Notes: generated by a model from the letters alone, not told the origin. A stretch of DNA of 19,023 nt from Acaryochloridaceae cyanobacterium VAR_48_metabat_390 (GCA_031422435.1 JANPLU010000093.1:1-19023), one strand, 5' to 3'. Positions 7,063 to 16,479 are shown, numbered from the stretch's first letter. Numbers and translations: made by a program.

Positions 7063-8544
7063 ATGTACATTATTCAAATTGCCTCAGAATGCGCTCCGGT
7101 CATCAAAGCAGGCGGACTGGGTGATGTAGTCTATGGTCTTAGCCGTGAGCTAGCGCTACGGGGTCATACTGTCGAGCTAATTTTGCCAAAGTATGACTGT
7201 ATGCGCTACGACGAGATTTGGGGACTGCACGAAGCCTACCTAAATCTATGGGTGCCCTGGTATGACGGGAGAGTTCACTGCACTGTCTACTGCGGTTGGG
7301 TACATGGACAACTGTGCTTTTTTATAGAGCCACACTCCGAAGACAACTTTTTTAATCGCGGCTACTACTACGGCGACTATACCGATGCTCTGCGCTTCAC
7401 CTTCTTCAGTAAAGCTGCCTTAGAATTTCTGCTCCAAAGCAACAAACGCCCTGATGTCCTCCACTGCCATGATTGGCAGACCGGACTAGTTCCCGTCATG
7501 CTCTACGAAATGTATCAGTGGCATGGGATGCAGCATCAGCGGGTTTGCTACACCATCCATAACTTTAAGCATCAGGGTGCCTGCGGTGGCGAAATCCTTA
7601 AGGCGACAGGACTCAACCGCGAAGCCTACTATTATTCCTCTGATCGCCTTCAGGATAACTATCACCTGGGTGCCCTAAACCTTATGAAAGGCGGTATCGT
7701 CTACGCTAACAGCGTCAATACCGTCTCGCCCCATCACGCCTGGGAGGCTCGCTTTACAGACATCGGCTGTGGTCTTCAGCCTACTTTGGAGCGCCACCAA
7801 GCTAAATTTAACGGCATTCTCAACGGTATTGCCTATGATGTGTGGAACCCAGAGGCTGATTGCCATATCCCCTATGCCTACGCCGCCGACCACTTTGCCG
7901 ACAAAAAGCTGAACCAAAAGGCACTGCGATCGCGGCTTTTGCTCCAAAACTCCGACCAGCCCATCGTTTGCTTTATTGGTCGCCTAGACGATCAAAAAGG
8001 CGTTCACCTAGTGCATCATGCTCTGTACTATGCCCTTGAGCGCGGCGCCCAGTTTATTTTGCTAGGGTCTGCGACCGACTCCGGTATCCACGCTTTGTTC
8101 TCCCACGAAAAGTCATTTCTGAATGAGAACCCTAACTGTCACCTAGAGCTTGGCTTTAACGAAGAACTCGCCCATCTCATCTATGCTGGCTCAGATATGA
8201 TTGTGGTGCCCAGCAACTACGAACCCTGCGGACTAACCCAAATGATTGGGTTGCGCTATGGCACCGTCCCTGTCGTCCGTGGCGTAGGAGGGCTACTCAA
8301 CACTATCTTTGACTGGGACTACGATGAACAGCACCCGCCCGAAGCGCGAAACGGGTTTGTGTTTTATCAACAGGACAATACGGCTTTAGAGTCCGCATTA
8401 GGGCGTGCCTTTGACCTTTGGAACCAAAACCCAGTCCTATTTCAGCAGCTTCCCCTTCAGGGGATGGCCTACGATAATTCTTGGACCAATCCGGCTCAGC
8501 AATATATTGAAATATACAAAGTCATTCGGCATGAATGGGTCTAG
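7063..8544 (+). CDS. glgA: Glycogen synthase, GlgA2 type (GT5)
   Basis: ADP-glucose motif KAGGLGDV, HCHDWQTG, TIHNFKHQG, GRLDDQKG and PSNYEPCGLTQMIGLRYGTVPVVR. Confidence 0.97.
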   Translation: MYIIQIASECAPVIKAGGLGDVVYGLSRELALRGHTVELILPKYDCMRYDEIWGLHEAYLNLWVPWYDGRVHCTVYCGWVHGQLCFFIEPHSEDNFFNRGYYYGDYTDALRFTFFSKAALEFLLQSNKRPDVLHCHDWQTGLVPVMLYEMYQWHGMQHQRVCYTIHNFKHQGACGGEILKATGLNREAYYYSSDRLQDNYHLGALNLMKGGIVYANSVNTVSPHHAWEARFTDIGCGLQPTLERHQAKFNGILNGIAYDVWNPEADCHIPYAYAADHFADKKLNQKALRSRLLLQNSDQPIVCFIGRLDDQKGVHLVHHALYYALERGAQFILLGSATDSGIHALFSHEKSFLNENPNCHLELGFNEELAHLIYAGSDMIVVPSNYEPCGLTQMIGLRYGTVPVVRGVGGLLNTIFDWDYDEQHPPEARNGFVFYQQDNTALESALGRAFDLWNQNPVLFQQLPLQGMAYDNSWTNPAQQYIEIYKVIRHEWV

Positions 8545-8573
8545 GATGAGCCTAATCACTCCTCCTTTGCGCT

Positions 8574-8987
8574 ATGAAACTGTTATTCTCCGTTGCTAGC
8601 TTAACGCTGTTAAGTTGGCTTTCAGTTTTGACTCAGGTATCCGTGGCTAAACCGCTTATGGGTGGGGTCTTTCTCGGCCCTGGCAACCATAGGATGGTGA
8701 TTGCTAGCGCCGGCGATCGCATTTGCTACCAAAGCGTGCATCGTGGTGTGATGGTTTCGTCTGTTACGCCAGACCCGGTTCATAAGGACATGTATCGTTT
8801 AGACGGCATTCCTAACTTTGCACTGTATCAGCCTTCCCCCAATACGCTGCTGTATGGAGAGCTAAATCAGCTCAGTAAGGCAAAAGCCACTGCCCAAGGT
8901 GCTGACATTGATGACACGCTACTGCAAAAGTGTCTCAGCTCAAGTGGGACATTCTTTAAAAAGTCCTCTAATAATCGCGGGGGCTAG
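8574..8987 (+). CDS. Hypothetical secreted/periplasmic protein, 137 aa
   Basis: Signal-peptide-like N-terminus (MKLLFSVASLTLLSWLSVLTQVSVA-KP) and two cysteines. It fills the gap between glgA and DUF3386 and contains a HIP1 site. Confidence 0.75.
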   Translation: MKLLFSVASLTLLSWLSVLTQVSVAKPLMGGVFLGPGNHRMVIASAGDRICYQSVHRGVMVSSVTPDPVHKDMYRLDGIPNFALYQPSPNTLLYGELNQLSKAKATAQGADIDDTLLQKCLSSSGTFFKKSSNNRGG

Positions 8988-9040
8988 CAGATTCGTTTCA
9001 AAAATCATTATGGTAGTAGAAAGACAGATAGGAGCAGTCC

Positions 9041-9682
9041 ATGACCGCCGTAACATTATCCGCTCAAGATTTGTTTAGAGCAGCCTACGAAAATCGCTAC
9101 ACCTGGGATGCCCATTTCCCGGGTTACATGGCTAACGTGACCTATACTCAAGGTGAAAAAGTCATCACAGGGCAGGCCGTCGTCAGCGGAAATATGAAGG
9201 CAGAAGTGCTGAATGTTGCTGATGAAGACGCGCAAAAGGCAATTCACGGACAGCTTTGGGAAATTGCCATCCATCGGGTGCGCCGCAGTTTTGAAGACAC
9301 CCACAGTAAAAACACCTTTAGCTATGGTGAAACGGACGAAACCGGAGCCGTTGAGCTAATTATGGGTGGAAAATCTGAGGGCGATCGCTATAAGGTACGC
9401 AATAATGAAGTTTGCTTGGTACATCGCAACATTCATGGGGTGTTTGTGACCATCAACACCTTTAGCTCTCACGACACGGGCGAAGGCTATTTGTCACATC
9501 GCTACGATTCTGTTTATCACGACCCAACGACTGGCGAACAGAAGGGTGGAAAAAGCCTGTTTGAGGACACCTACGAAAAAGTAGGTCTGTACTGGATCCT
9601 CAACCATCGCGTCATTGAAACTGAAACCGAAGATGGTGCTGTGATTCAGGATTTTGCGTTTTCCAATATTCAGCTTTCCTAG
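9041..9682 (+). CDS. DUF3386 domain-containing protein
   Basis: AQDLFRAAYENRYTWDAHFPGY and EIAIHRVRRSFEDTH are typical of this cyanobacterial family. RBS AGGAG upstream. Confidence 0.88.
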   Translation: MTAVTLSAQDLFRAAYENRYTWDAHFPGYMANVTYTQGEKVITGQAVVSGNMKAEVLNVADEDAQKAIHGQLWEIAIHRVRRSFEDTHSKNTFSYGETDETGAVELIMGGKSEGDRYKVRNNEVCLVHRNIHGVFVTINTFSSHDTGEGYLSHRYDSVYHDPTTGEQKGGKSLFEDTYEKVGLYWILNHRVIETETEDGAVIQDFAFSNIQLS

Positions 9683-9692
9683 TTCATCTTCT

Positions 9693-9722
9693 TTTAGAGG
9701 CGCAAGGCTTTGCGCCTCTAAA
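9693..9722. terminator. Perfect 13-bp stem-loop (REP-like palindrome or bidirectional terminator) between convergent DUF3386 and cax
   Basis: TTTAGAGGCGCAA-ggct-TTGCGCCTCTAAA. Confidence 0.7.
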
Positions 9723-9834
9723 GCCAACACTGGAGTACCCCAGGGGATGTTGGACATTTCATTGCAACTCACACCCAATCAAATTTTTGGCTGGCTACAG
9801 CCCTAGGGCGAAAGCATTAGGCTCCTGACCAACG

Positions 9835-10962
9835 CTAGGCGGGGTGGTAGTAAAACGAAACCCCCAGCAGCAGGTAGGTTGCCAGCAGTAGCGCACCATC
9901 TAGCCAATTGGAGCGACCGCCAAAGCTGACGAGGTTTGTGACCGTCACGGCGATCGCCAAGGCCACTACTTCAAACGGGTTAAAGTTTAGGTCAATCGGC
10001 TGCCCCCATAGCTCCCCTACAAAAACCAGCACGGGGGCAATAAAAAGCGTAATAAGTAGACTATCTCCGGTTACGGTCGAGACCGCCAAATCCATTTCGT
10101 CTTTGAGCGCAAGCCGAGTAATGGTAACATAGCCCGCCACGTCACTAATTAGCGGCAGCAAAATCACCCCTGTAAACAGCGGCGTTAAGCCTAACCCCTG
10201 CGTGGCGGATTCCACCACGCCCACAAATAAATCAGACTCAAAAGCAATGCCAATGGAAGCCGCCAGCAAAAGCGCAATCCATTTGCCTAGCGCTGCCTTA
10301 CGAGAGGCAATTGTGGCCTCATCGGGCGCAATTTCGCCCTCCGCTAAACCCACGTCATAGAGATAGCTATGGGTTTTAAGTGAAAACAGCAGCGTTAGCC
10401 CATACAGCACAATCAAAACCGTCGCGGTTGCCATTGAAATATGCCGAATGGCTTCAGGATCTACGATGTTTGAGGTGTAGGTGACAAGCGTGGGCAGGGC
10501 GATCGCCACCACCGCCAACGTCATAAACGATCCATTCACCCGCGCAAAAATCGGCTTAAACGACTGCTCCTTATAACGCAGTCCTCCCGTCAGCATCCCT
10601 AGACCTAAAAGCAGCAGCAGCGCTCCCAAAATGCTGCCCGTAATACTGGCTTCTACAATATCGACAAGCCCTGCCTTAAGGGCAACTAGCGCTAAAATTA
10701 GCTCTGTTGCATTGCCAAAAACGGCATTCACCAAACCGCCCAGAGATGGCCCTGTGACCACCGCAATCTTCTCCGTCGCGGTACTTAGTGCAATAGAGAG
10801 AGGGATGATTGCTAATACCGACGTACTGAAGACGGCAAAATCTCCCCAGTGGATATACTCTGCTGTCCAAGAAAGTGGCGTAAAGCTCAAGCCAACCAGA
10901 ATAATTAGCGTCTTGAATGAGATCAAGCTTTTAAAGTTAAGACTAGACCCGAGACCATCCAT
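9835..10962 (-). CDS. cax: Ca2+/H+ exchanger (CaCA superfamily, CAX/ChaA-like) with an atypical alpha-2 repeat
   Basis: About 11 hydrophobic segments, GPSLGGLVNAVFGNATELI (alpha-1), GGLRYKEQSF, LLFSLKTH and GRSNWLDGALLL. ATG at 10962 is preferred; the ORF is open back to 11058. Confidence 0.9.
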   Translation of the reverse strand: MDGLGSSLNFKSLISFKTLIILVGLSFTPLSWTAEYIHWGDFAVFSTSVLAIIPLSIALSTATEKIAVVTGPSLGGLVNAVFGNATELILALVALKAGLVDIVEASITGSILGALLLLLGLGMLTGGLRYKEQSFKPIFARVNGSFMTLAVVAIALPTLVTYTSNIVDPEAIRHISMATATVLIVLYGLTLLFSLKTHSYLYDVGLAEGEIAPDEATIASRKAALGKWIALLLAASIGIAFESDLFVGVVESATQGLGLTPLFTGVILLPLISDVAGYVTITRLALKDEMDLAVSTVTGDSLLITLFIAPVLVFVGELWGQPIDLNFNPFEVVALAIAVTVTNLVSFGGRSNWLDGALLLATYLLLGVSFYYHPA

Positions 10963-11329
10963 AGAAAACCGATAAGGGAAATGCAGATCTCTTATTGTTG
11001 CAGAGACTTCAGCAGTCTTGCCCTTGCTGAAGTCTATTGCTCCGCAACCGAACGCCATACATTTGTTTACAATCAGATAGGGATGGACAGAAAGATGTGT
11101 AGCCCCAGGCTAATCAAAAAGCTGAACATCAAAGTTTCTCGTCTATTCAAAGTGTGTTCTTGAGAGAAGCACTCCTTGATAGGATGAGGGCGATAGGTCT
11201 ATGAGGCAAATGGCTTTTTCACTACCGCTAGATTCTGCGGCTGGTCTAAAGCCGGAATCTGGTCAAAGCGTAGTGTTTTGCCCGTTACCAGATTTTATTA
11301 CCGTTATTTTTAAGAGAGAACCGAACGCC

Positions 11330-11929
11330 ATGGCTTACGAACTTCCAACTTTGCCTTATCCTGAAACTGGCTTAGAGCCATATATTTCGGCCAACACGCT
11401 ACAGTTTCACTACGGCAAGCATCATGCGGCCTACGTCACTAATTTCAACAACCTAGTCAAAGAAACGCCCCTGGATAATCTTCCGCTAGAAGAAATCATC
11501 AAAACCACCCATGGAGATTCTGCAAAGGCGGGAATATTCAATAATGCAGCGCAAGCCTGGAACCATACGTTCTACTGGCACTGCATGAAGCCCAGTGGTG
11601 GCGGCGCGCCCAGCGGTGCTTTGGCAGACAAAATCAATGCTGATTTCGGCAGCTTTGATGAATTTAAGACTGCGTTTAAGCAGGCAGGTGCGACTCAGTT
11701 TGGCAGCGGCTGGGCATGGCTTGTACTAGACAGCGGTGTGCTGAAAGTCACCAAAACGGGTAACGCAGATAACCCTCTTGCCCACGGTCAAGTGCCTCTG
11801 CTGACCATGGACGTGTGGGAACATGCTTACTACCTCGACTACCAAAATCGCCGCCCTGACTATATGGAAACGTTCCTCAATAGCTTGGTGAACTGGGATT
11901 TTGTGGCTGAGCAATTTGCAGCAGCCTAA
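11330..11929 (+). CDS. sodB: Fe-superoxide dismutase, 199 aa
   Basis: [30 protein letters not shown] (Fe-type Gln position), FGSGWAWL and DVWEHAYY. The true start is ATG 11330. Confidence 0.96.
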   Translation: MAYELPTLPYPETGLEPYISANTLQFHYGKHHAAYVTNFNNLVKETPLDNLPLEEIIKTTHGDSAKAGIFNNAAQAWNHTFYWHCMKPSGGGAPSGALADKINADFGSFDEFKTAFKQAGATQFGSGWAWLVLDSGVLKVTKTGNADNPLAHGQVPLLTMDVWEHAYYLDYQNRRPDYMETFLNSLVNWDFVAEQFAAA

Positions 11930-11965
11930 GGAGCATTGATTTAGTAACTAACTACACTTTGCACG

Positions 11966-12041
11966 CCCTCACCCCAACCCTCTTCCTAGGCAGAGGGAGC
12001 AAAATCGGAATCCCCTTCTCTCGTATTGAGAGAAGGGGATT
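11966..12041. terminator. GC-rich double hairpin between convergent sodB and menF; likely a bidirectional terminator derived from a dispersed repeat
   Basis: Perfect 14-bp stem AATCCCCTTCTCTC-gtatt-GAGAGAAGGGGATT (12009-12041), preceded by CCCTCACCCCAACCCTCT...AGAGGG (11966-11997). Confidence 0.7.
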
Positions 12042-12060
12042 TAATTTGCGCCTTATCCAG

Positions 12061-13503
12061 TCAAGTCTCGTCGTCTACAAATGCCTGTAGCAATGTTTGC
12101 AATTTCAGCCTAACTTCTGCCCACTCTCGGTGAGGGTCTGAACCCGCGACAATGCCAGCCCCTGCGTACAGCCGTAAACAATCGCCTTGAACCAGCGCTG
12201 AGCGAATCCCCACGGTAAAGCTGCCGTTGCCGCGATAGTCTACCCAGCCTAAAGGTGCTGCATAAAGGTGACGGTCAAAAGGTTCGTAGCGGCAGAGGTA
12301 GGGTTCTACGCAATGCTGAGGGGTGCCTGCGACCGCTGGGGTGGGGTGGAGCGCCGCGAGTACGTTGAGTAGCCCTAAGTGACTGGGTAAGTTTGCGGTG
12401 ACTAAGGTACGCAGATGCTGAATATTGGGGAGCTGTAATAGGTGAGCTGGTGTTGCCCTGTGGGGGCTAATGCCAAGATTTTGCAGCCGCTGCTGAATAA
12501 AAGACAGCACCAACTGATGCTCATGGATATCTTTGGTGCTGTTGAGGAGGCGATCGCCCAGCACAACATCCTCACTCACCGTGCGTCCGCGTGGAGCTGA
12601 CCCAGCTAAGGCATCTGCCGTCAACTGTCGATCTTGAATTTGGAGTAGCCGTTCTGGGCTAGCGCCAATAAAGCCTTGGCCTTGCTCATCTCGTAACGAA
12701 AAAATCTGGCAGTCTGCATAGCGCGATCTCAGTTTATGCAGCGTGGGCGCGAGAGGCAGCGGTGTCGCGGTTTTGACCTCTAAAGTTTCTGCAAGCACCA
12801 GCTTTTCGAGTTCGCCACGGTGAATCTGTGCCAGCGTCGCCTCAGCCGCTTCTAGAAACCGCGTTTGATGGATTATGGATGGCGTAGGCACCTGAATCAG
12901 CGGCAGAGAGAAGGGCGCACGGTAGACGGTACTGTGGCGCTGGAGCCGTTGCCAAGTCTCTAAAACAGAATCGGTGAGCTGAGTAAGATTAGACGTGGGC
13001 GTAAGGGGCAAGTTTGCAATCAAAACGCCTTGACCTCGCACAGAAGCGACCTGCCACTGCGGCAAAAACGCGACTGCTGCCGGAAAACGCTGCGGTTCGT
13101 GATGGGGCTGATCAAAAAAGGTGAAGCTGCAAAAAAAGTGCGGCCCTGCCATGGGCAAATGAAGTTCACCTGCGGTAGCCGTGCGCTGCAATACTTCAGA
13201 AATAAACCGCTGCATTTGGATAAACCGATCGCTGCCGTTGATGTCTCGCCGCACAACGGGCTGCATTGCGGCGATCGCCACGGCTTCGGTAGGATGCTCC
13301 CAGTAAAAATGCGATCGCGTGGTGTGACCCAGCAGTTCCAGTGCATAGAGCGGATCAATCTTGGGGAGTGCTAGGGAAATACTGGCGATCGCCGCCTCAC
13401 CGCTTGAGTTTGATGCCTGATTTGAGATCTGAAAAGCCGCCAAGCACTCATAAAGTGCCTTGGGGTCTTGCATCAATGGAACTCGAAACGGCGTAACGGT
13501 CAT
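12061..13503 (-). CDS. menF: Isochorismate synthase (phylloquinone/menaquinone pathway)
   Basis: LEKLVLA, FIGASPERLL, ALAGSAPRG, KDIHEHQLV, NIQHLRT, LHPTPAVAG, VGIRSAL and YAGAGIVAGS. ATG at 13503 is preferred, since it avoids overlap with hemF. Confidence 0.92.
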   Translation of the reverse strand: MTVTPFRVPLMQDPKALYECLAAFQISNQASNSSGEAAIASISLALPKIDPLYALELLGHTTRSHFYWEHPTEAVAIAAMQPVVRRDINGSDRFIQMQRFISEVLQRTATAGELHLPMAGPHFFCSFTFFDQPHHEPQRFPAAVAFLPQWQVASVRGQGVLIANLPLTPTSNLTQLTDSVLETWQRLQRHSTVYRAPFSLPLIQVPTPSIIHQTRFLEAAEATLAQIHRGELEKLVLAETLEVKTATPLPLAPTLHKLRSRYADCQIFSLRDEQGQGFIGASPERLLQIQDRQLTADALAGSAPRGRTVSEDVVLGDRLLNSTKDIHEHQLVLSFIQQRLQNLGISPHRATPAHLLQLPNIQHLRTLVTANLPSHLGLLNVLAALHPTPAVAGTPQHCVEPYLCRYEPFDRHLYAAPLGWVDYRGNGSFTVGIRSALVQGDCLRLYAGAGIVAGSDPHREWAEVRLKLQTLLQAFVDDET

Positions 13504-13549
13504 GGGGTTGAGGTTATCCAGTCGAGGAAAAACGTGCGGATACGCAAAG

Positions 13550-13574
13550 GGGGTGAGCAATCTGCGCTCACCCC
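13550..13574 (-). terminator. Stem-loop between hemF and menF (weak terminator or REP-like)
   Basis: On the minus strand GGGGTGAGC-gcagatt-GCTCACCCC forms a 9-bp stem followed by CTTTG. Confidence 0.45.
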
Positions 13575-13601
13575 TAAACGAGCGACAGCAGCGCAAACCA
13601 A

Positions 13602-14639
13602 TTAAGCGTGGGCAGTCATCCCAGAGAGCCAATTCTGGGGCTTCAGGTACGTTTCATAAAGCTCGGCTTCGCGGGTGCCAGGTTTTGGCTGGTAGCCATA
13701 TTCCCAGCGCACCAGAGGCGGTAGAGACATCAAAATGGATTCCGTGCGTCCATTGGTTTGCAGACCAAAAATGGTGCCTCGGTCATACACCAGATTGAAC
13801 TCGACATAGCGACCCCGCCGATAGAGCTGGAAATTACGCTCCTGCTCACCGTACTCCTGGTGGCGGCGTTTCTCGGCAATGGGCACATAGGCTGGCAAAA
13901 AACTTTCCCCGCAAGACTGCACAAAGGCAAACAGCTCCTCCCAAGAGCGCTGGGGCGGAACCCCCACCTGAGCGCTGTGTAGCCCCGCTGGGCCTTGAGC
14001 ATCGGAGCCTTGGTATAGGGCATTCATGCCATCTTGGTAGTCAAAAAAGATCCCGCCCACGCCGCGTGTTTCTTGGCGGTGTTTGAGGTAAAAATATTCG
14101 TCACACCACAGCTTAAAGGTGGGGTAGTAATCGGGGGAGTGGCGATCGCAGGCATCCTTAAGCGTGCTATGAAAATGCACCACGTCCTCTAAAAACGGAT
14201 AGTAGGGCGTTAAGTCAATGCCGCCGCCAAACCACCAAACCGGCCCTGCCTCAAAGTAGCGATAGTTGAGGTGAACCGTAGGAATGTACGGACTGCGAGG
14301 GTGCAGCACCATTGAGGTTCCCGTGGCAAACCAGCGGTGGCCTGCAACCTCTGGACGCTGGTTCACAATAGAGGGCGGCAGATGATCGCCATACACTTCC
14401 GAGAAATTAACGCCGCCCTGCTCAAACAAATCGCCGCCCATCATCACCCGTGAGCGACCGCCGCCACCTTCGGGTCGCTCCCATTCATCTTCTTGAAACG
14501 ACCCGCCACCGTCCACAACCGCCAGCTTTTGGCAGATAGAATCTTGGAGCGATCGCAAAAACTGGCTCACTCGCGCCTTAGAATCGGCAGGTGGGCCATT
14601 GAGGCTTGAGTTAACTTCAGCGGTTACAGAAACAGTCAT
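13602..14639 (-). CDS. hemF: Oxygen-dependent coproporphyrinogen III oxidase
   Basis: [49 protein letters not shown] and [20 protein letters not shown]...ESILMSLP. Confidence 0.98.
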   Translation of the reverse strand: MTVSVTAEVNSSLNGPPADSKARVSQFLRSLQDSICQKLAVVDGGGSFQEDEWERPEGGGGRSRVMMGGDLFEQGGVNFSEVYGDHLPPSIVNQRPEVAGHRWFATGTSMVLHPRSPYIPTVHLNYRYFEAGPVWWFGGGIDLTPYYPFLEDVVHFHSTLKDACDRHSPDYYPTFKLWCDEYFYLKHRQETRGVGGIFFDYQDGMNALYQGSDAQGPAGLHSAQVGVPPQRSWEELFAFVQSCGESFLPAYVPIAEKRRHQEYGEQERNFQLYRRGRYVEFNLVYDRGTIFGLQTNGRTESILMSLPPLVRWEYGYQPKPGTREAELYETYLKPQNWLSGMTAHA

Positions 14640-14820
14640 GGCAATGATGGCGCTCAGACGGGAGAATATTCAGCGCCAGAGCAGCAATCGTCATTTAGGC
14701 CAGTGACCTGAACGGATCGATTTTGATTCTGGGCTATCCTCAATTGAGCCACAGGACGGCTGATTCTGCGGGAGTTCTGCCGGATTTTTAACAAAACTTT
14801 GGCATCTATGGCAGCAGCGG

Positions 14821-16479
14821 CTAGCGCTTGAGCTTTACCGTAAAGTCGTAGCGGGTACTCCAAGGGTTGTTAATTGCCGCCGTCATGCCAATCCCCTCGA
14901 TAGCCTGGGTAAACGGGGTGGCAGAGGGCGCAAGCTTGGGCAGCAGAGGGCTATTTTGCATCATTGCCGCCATTCGCGGCAGGTCTACAAAAAACTGACC
15001 CATATTTGAGCCTAGGTTAGAAGACTGCGTTTTTTTGAACAGTGCCGCATCGGCTAGGGAATTATTTTGGGGGGTTAAAATGCGCTCGGAGATCGGGGCA
15101 CCAAAGGTAAAAAAGGCCACATCTCCATCGAGCCAGCCGTGGGTTGCCAGAGGTAGACTGGGCGGAACTTTCCAGGTCGTTACGGTACGGTTGCCTACCT
15201 TCGATTCTGCTACGAGAAAGCTGTTGCGATCGCGCATGGCAGTATCCAGCTTCTTAAATGCCTGATCCGCCTTGGTGCGGTCATTGGCCTTTGCCAACAT
15301 CATCATGCCAACGCCCTGTTTGGACTGGTTGGCAGTGGGCACCACCGCCATCACAAATTCGCCATCCATCCAGCTTACAAAATCTTTTTCAAAATCTACG
15401 CCTGTAGATTTCAGAAGACTCGCCTGAATTTTACTGGGGCTGATCGGCACAATGAGCTGCGTTTCGGTGCCCTGGGTATAGTCTTGCCAAGCCTGCCGAA
15501 AGTCGCCGCCAGAAGTGGTCATGAGGGTGTCTGCTGGCAATCGCCGAGCCAGGGTTTGAGACTTATTGCTGCCCTTGAGTTCCTGCTTGGAGTCTGGCTT
15601 AAGCCAAGAAATTGCCTTAAAGTTGAGTCCGCCATCTTCTATTTTGATGGAAGAGCCAAACCCCTGTACCGCCTGCACTCGCGCAATGGTAGACTGCGCC
15701 GTGCCCCGTGCCGGATTTTGCAGTAGCCCTGCCGTGGCGATCGGCAAATTGACATAAAGTTGGGCAAAGGCAGCGCCGTCATCGACTTCACTCATGGCCT
15801 CCTGTAGCCGAGGCGTTTGCGCGAGAGAAGGTGCCCCCCGATAGGTATCAATAACTTGGTTGAGCGTATTGTTGCCATTGCTCACAATTAGCAGACGATT
15901 CTCTAGCATCACTGCCGAGATTGCTTTGCCAGTTTGCCCTTTAAACGTCTGCACCTCTACGTCTTTATAGGTGCGTTTTTGAGGGGTGCCGCTTCCTGCT
16001 GCACGGCTTAAGACAGATTGCGCTTGTTGAGCGTCTTTGATGGGTAAAAACCATACCGTCGCATTCGCGCCCACTTGAGCAACATCTTCAGGTGCAGGGG
16101 ATAGCATCACAAGGTTCATCTGTGGTCCCACCCAAGGCCGAATGTCTTGATCGTAGGTAAGGCTAAAGGGAGTCAAAAATTCTGTCTCAAACCCCTTGAG
16201 CTGATCTTGCCAACGCGTTTTAGTTTCTGGGGTGCCAAATTCCTTAAGCTGTCGCCACGGGCTTTCGTCGGTCGAAACCGTCAGGCTCAAGAGTGCAGTT
16301 TGAGGAGTCAGCAACGCGCCCAAGGGAATCACGCTCCCTGACGGTCGGCCTTTCAGTAAGAAGTAGGCTAAGGTGCCCCCCGCCACCAGTAGGGCTGCAC
16401 CCCCTAAGGTTAGAGCCAGCGATCGCCCTCGTTTGGATGTTGCCTGCTTTTTGAGTGCTGCGCGTCGCTCCGTGTTCAT
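14821..16479 (-). CDS. DUF3352 domain-containing protein with an N-terminal membrane anchor
   Basis: Basic N-terminus and a single TM helix (LALTLGGAALLVAGGTLAYFLL). The two repeats YDQDIRPWVG and FEKDFVSWMDGEF resemble DUF3352. Confidence 0.8.
   Translation of the reverse strand: MNTERRAALKKQATSKRGRSLALTLGGAALLVAGGTLAYFLLKGRPSGSVIPLGALLTPQTALLSLTVSTDESPWRQLKEFGTPETKTRWQDQLKGFETEFLTPFSLTYDQDIRPWVGPQMNLVMLSPAPEDVAQVGANATVWFLPIKDAQQAQSVLSRAAGSGTPQKRTYKDVEVQTFKGQTGKAISAVMLENRLLIVSNGNNTLNQVIDTYRGAPSLAQTPRLQEAMSEVDDGAAFAQLYVNLPIATAGLLQNPARGTAQSTIARVQAVQGFGSSIKIEDGGLNFKAISWLKPDSKQELKGSNKSQTLARRLPADTLMTTSGGDFRQAWQDYTQGTETQLIVPISPSKIQASLLKSTGVDFEKDFVSWMDGEFVMAVVPTANQSKQGVGMMMLAKANDRTKADQAFKKLDTAMRDRNSFLVAESKVGNRTVTTWKVPPSLPLATHGWLDGDVAFFTFGAPISERILTPQNNSLADAALFKKTQSSNLGSNMGQFFVDLPRMAAMMQNSPLLPKLAPSATPFTQAIEGIGMTAAINNPWSTRYDFTVKLKR

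Noticed and set aside
11201..11329. 43-aa N-terminal extension of SOD, as in membrane-anchored MnSOD
   Set aside because: It has no TM helix or twin-arginine motif. The canonical MAYELP start at 11330 has a purine-rich RBS, and the residues are Fe-type.
13504..13632. menF extension overlapping the hemF 3' end
   Set aside because: It spans an intergenic hairpin and reads as non-coding. ATG 13503 fits better.
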